IMG/VR virus record: IMGVR_UViG_3300045988_005188
Coordinates: 1 to 5,591 of that record
DNA: 5,591 bases
Direction: 5' to 3' (one strand)
Source of the DNA: a virus
The notes beneath the pieces were generated by a model. That model saw nothing but the letters and a program-made list of their open reading frames with translations. It did no database searches and was not told the DNA's origin. Shown in pieces: positions 4,284 to 5,591 of the stretch. The number at the start of each line of letters is the position of its first letter. The stretch's first letter is position 1. Both the position numbers and the translations under genes were made by a program.

Positions 4284-5591
4284 TTAGATCGTGTCAATTC
4301 CAGGTACGCTGTAGATCGGCATCGGTCGCGTCCATGCCTGTTCGTAGTAGAAATTACAGATGAATTGATGGCTGTTGGAACTCTGCACAGCGAGAGTTCT
4401 ATCAATGTTTTCTGTTCCTTCTTTGATCCAGCTGCTGGACAGGGTAGGAAGTGCGTCGTACTTGTCTGCATAGTGCCATGCATCCAGTGTCTGCGCGTAG
4501 GTGCTGCGCATTTCGCTTGTTACCATGTTGGTGCGGTATCTGTAGTCGGCCCATGCTTCTTGATACCCGAAAACTTCTTCGTCCTGCGGCTTGCCCTGTG
4601 CATAGATCTCCTGATTGAGAACTGCTTGTTCACCGAGGTTTGCAAGCATCGGGTCATAATAGCTGAAGCGCGTGTTTCTTGTCCAAAGCCTGCTCAAACC
4701 CTGTTGATAGCTGTGATCTACACGGATAGCTGCCAGACCCAGAACATAACCATGTTCCGTTGCCGAGTACGTGCACATGTTCTGGCTCAAGGTCGTCATA
4801 CTGTAAGCACCAGTGTTGCCCTGCGGCGATGTGCTGTCTGTGCTGCTGGTCTGAATGACCTGATTCACGTTGATCGGCATTCTGTGGCCGCCGATGTACT
4901 CAGATCGGTCAAGACGTGCATCCGGGCTGGTCACACCCCACGCGCCTTTTAGGATTTCTTTGTACCGGGTGCCGGTTCTGGCATCGCGTTCGAAGATATG
5001 CTGCACTGCGATGGCCTGTCGGAGATCGTTGATTGTTGCCGCTGTGACAGTGCTCAGGTCTGCTTGCATTGAGGTGTAGTTTATTTCGCTCGCGTTTGTT
5101 TGCCCACCGAACATTACAAGCGCTTTTCCGCTTTTGTTGTTCTTTTTTGATGCCGCGAGTTTCATGTTTGAGTTTATCGGAATGTTTTCGAGGTTTCCGC
5201 CTCCGTCTTGGAAAATCTCTCCATTTGCCATGGTTTCTGCACTATTTGGCCATACAATTTGTGCGTTTCCTGTCATTGGCAGCTGTACTGGTTCTGTAGA
5301 TTTCTGCGGAGACGGCAGGCAGCTTGTGAAGTAGTCTTTGTATTTGCAGACCTTCAAAGGCAAACCGCCTGCTTCTGCGTCTGACAGGTTTGTGCCGGTG
5401 TTTACGCCGGTTGTGGTCGTGTCGTTCATGCTCTGTGTGACAGGCTGCTGCAAATTTTCGTCTCGGAACCATTCGTTCCAAACTTTTGCATACGCCCGGA
5501 ACGGCAGGCTGTTCACCTTCAGGCCGCTCACGCCTGTCGGGATTCCGAAGTAATCCGCCAGCGTTCCCACGTTCCATCCTCCTGCTGGTGC
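4284..5591 (-). CDS. VP1: Major capsid protein VP1, C-terminal part (continuous with 1..397 across the circular junction). 5537..5591 duplicates 1..55.
   Basis: ...[40 protein letters not shown]... carries the 'LPFRAY....NEWFRD.NL' signature of Microviridae VP1. The GTG at 5570 listed as the start in the ORF track is internal, because the frame stays open upstream through the junction. The stop is TAA at 4284-4286. Confidence 0.9.
   Translation of the reverse strand, partial: APAGGWNVGTLADYFGIPTGVSGLKVNSLPFRAYAKVWNEWFRDENLQQPVTQSMNDTTTTGVNTGTNLSDAEAGGLPLKVCKYKDYFTSCLPSPQKSTEPVQLPMTGNAQIVWPNSAETMANGEIFQDGGGNLENIPINSNMKLAASKKNNKSGKALVMFGGQTNASEINYTSMQADLSTVTAATINDLRQAIAVQHIFERDARTGTRYKEILKGAWGVTSPDARLDRSEYIGGHRMPINVNQVIQTSSTDSTSPQGNTGAYSMTTLSQNMCTYSATEHGYVLGLAAIRVDHSYQQGLSRLWTRNTRFSYYDPMLANLGEQAVLNQEIYAQGKPQDEEVFGYQEAWADYRYRTNMVTSEMRSTYAQTLDAWHYADKYDALPTLSSSWIKEGTENIDRTLAVQSSNSHQFICNFYYEQAWTRPMPIYSVPGIDTI

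Noticed and set aside
4284-5570. ORF-track start (GTG at 5570) for the capsid ORF
   Set aside because: It is an artefact of the window end. The frame remains open upstream through the circular junction to ATG 397 (GAGGT RBS), which restores the conserved VP1 N-terminal motifs. ATG 451/457 and 304 are also in frame but lack an RBS or would truncate conserved motifs.

Overview
The window is a complete circular Microviridae genome of the gokushovirus type, 5536 nt long, linearised with a 55-nt terminal redundancy (positions 1-55 are identical to 5537-5591). All credible genes lie on the minus strand, which is the mRNA-sense strand and presumably the virion strand. The plus strand is T-rich, and its long F/L-rich ORFs are antisense artefacts.

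Gene order on the coding strand, with VP1 spanning the junction, is: VP1 major capsid (397->1 continuing 5536->4284, about 549 aa), VP2 DNA-pilot protein, a small ribbon-helix-helix (RHH) protein, VP4 rolling-circle Rep, a 53-aa acidic ORF, a J-like basic DNA-binding protein, a second RHH protein, VP5, and VP3 scaffold.

The structural genes are ordinary. The non-canonical content is:
- two near-identical consensus sigma70 promoters (TTGACA-17-TATAAT);
- a promoter -> RHH -> 17-bp perfect palindrome -> Rep cassette arranged like the plasmid pMV158 copG-repB copy-control unit;
- a self-contained promoter / 53-aa acidic ORF / intrinsic-terminator cassette that looks like a moron or anti-defence gene;
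- a second RHH gene translationally coupled inside the late operon;
- a T15 homopolymer serving as the terminator U-tract;
- a GC-rich hairpin with terminator geometry on the non-coding strand.

All protein identifications come from motif recognition by eye. No database search was run.
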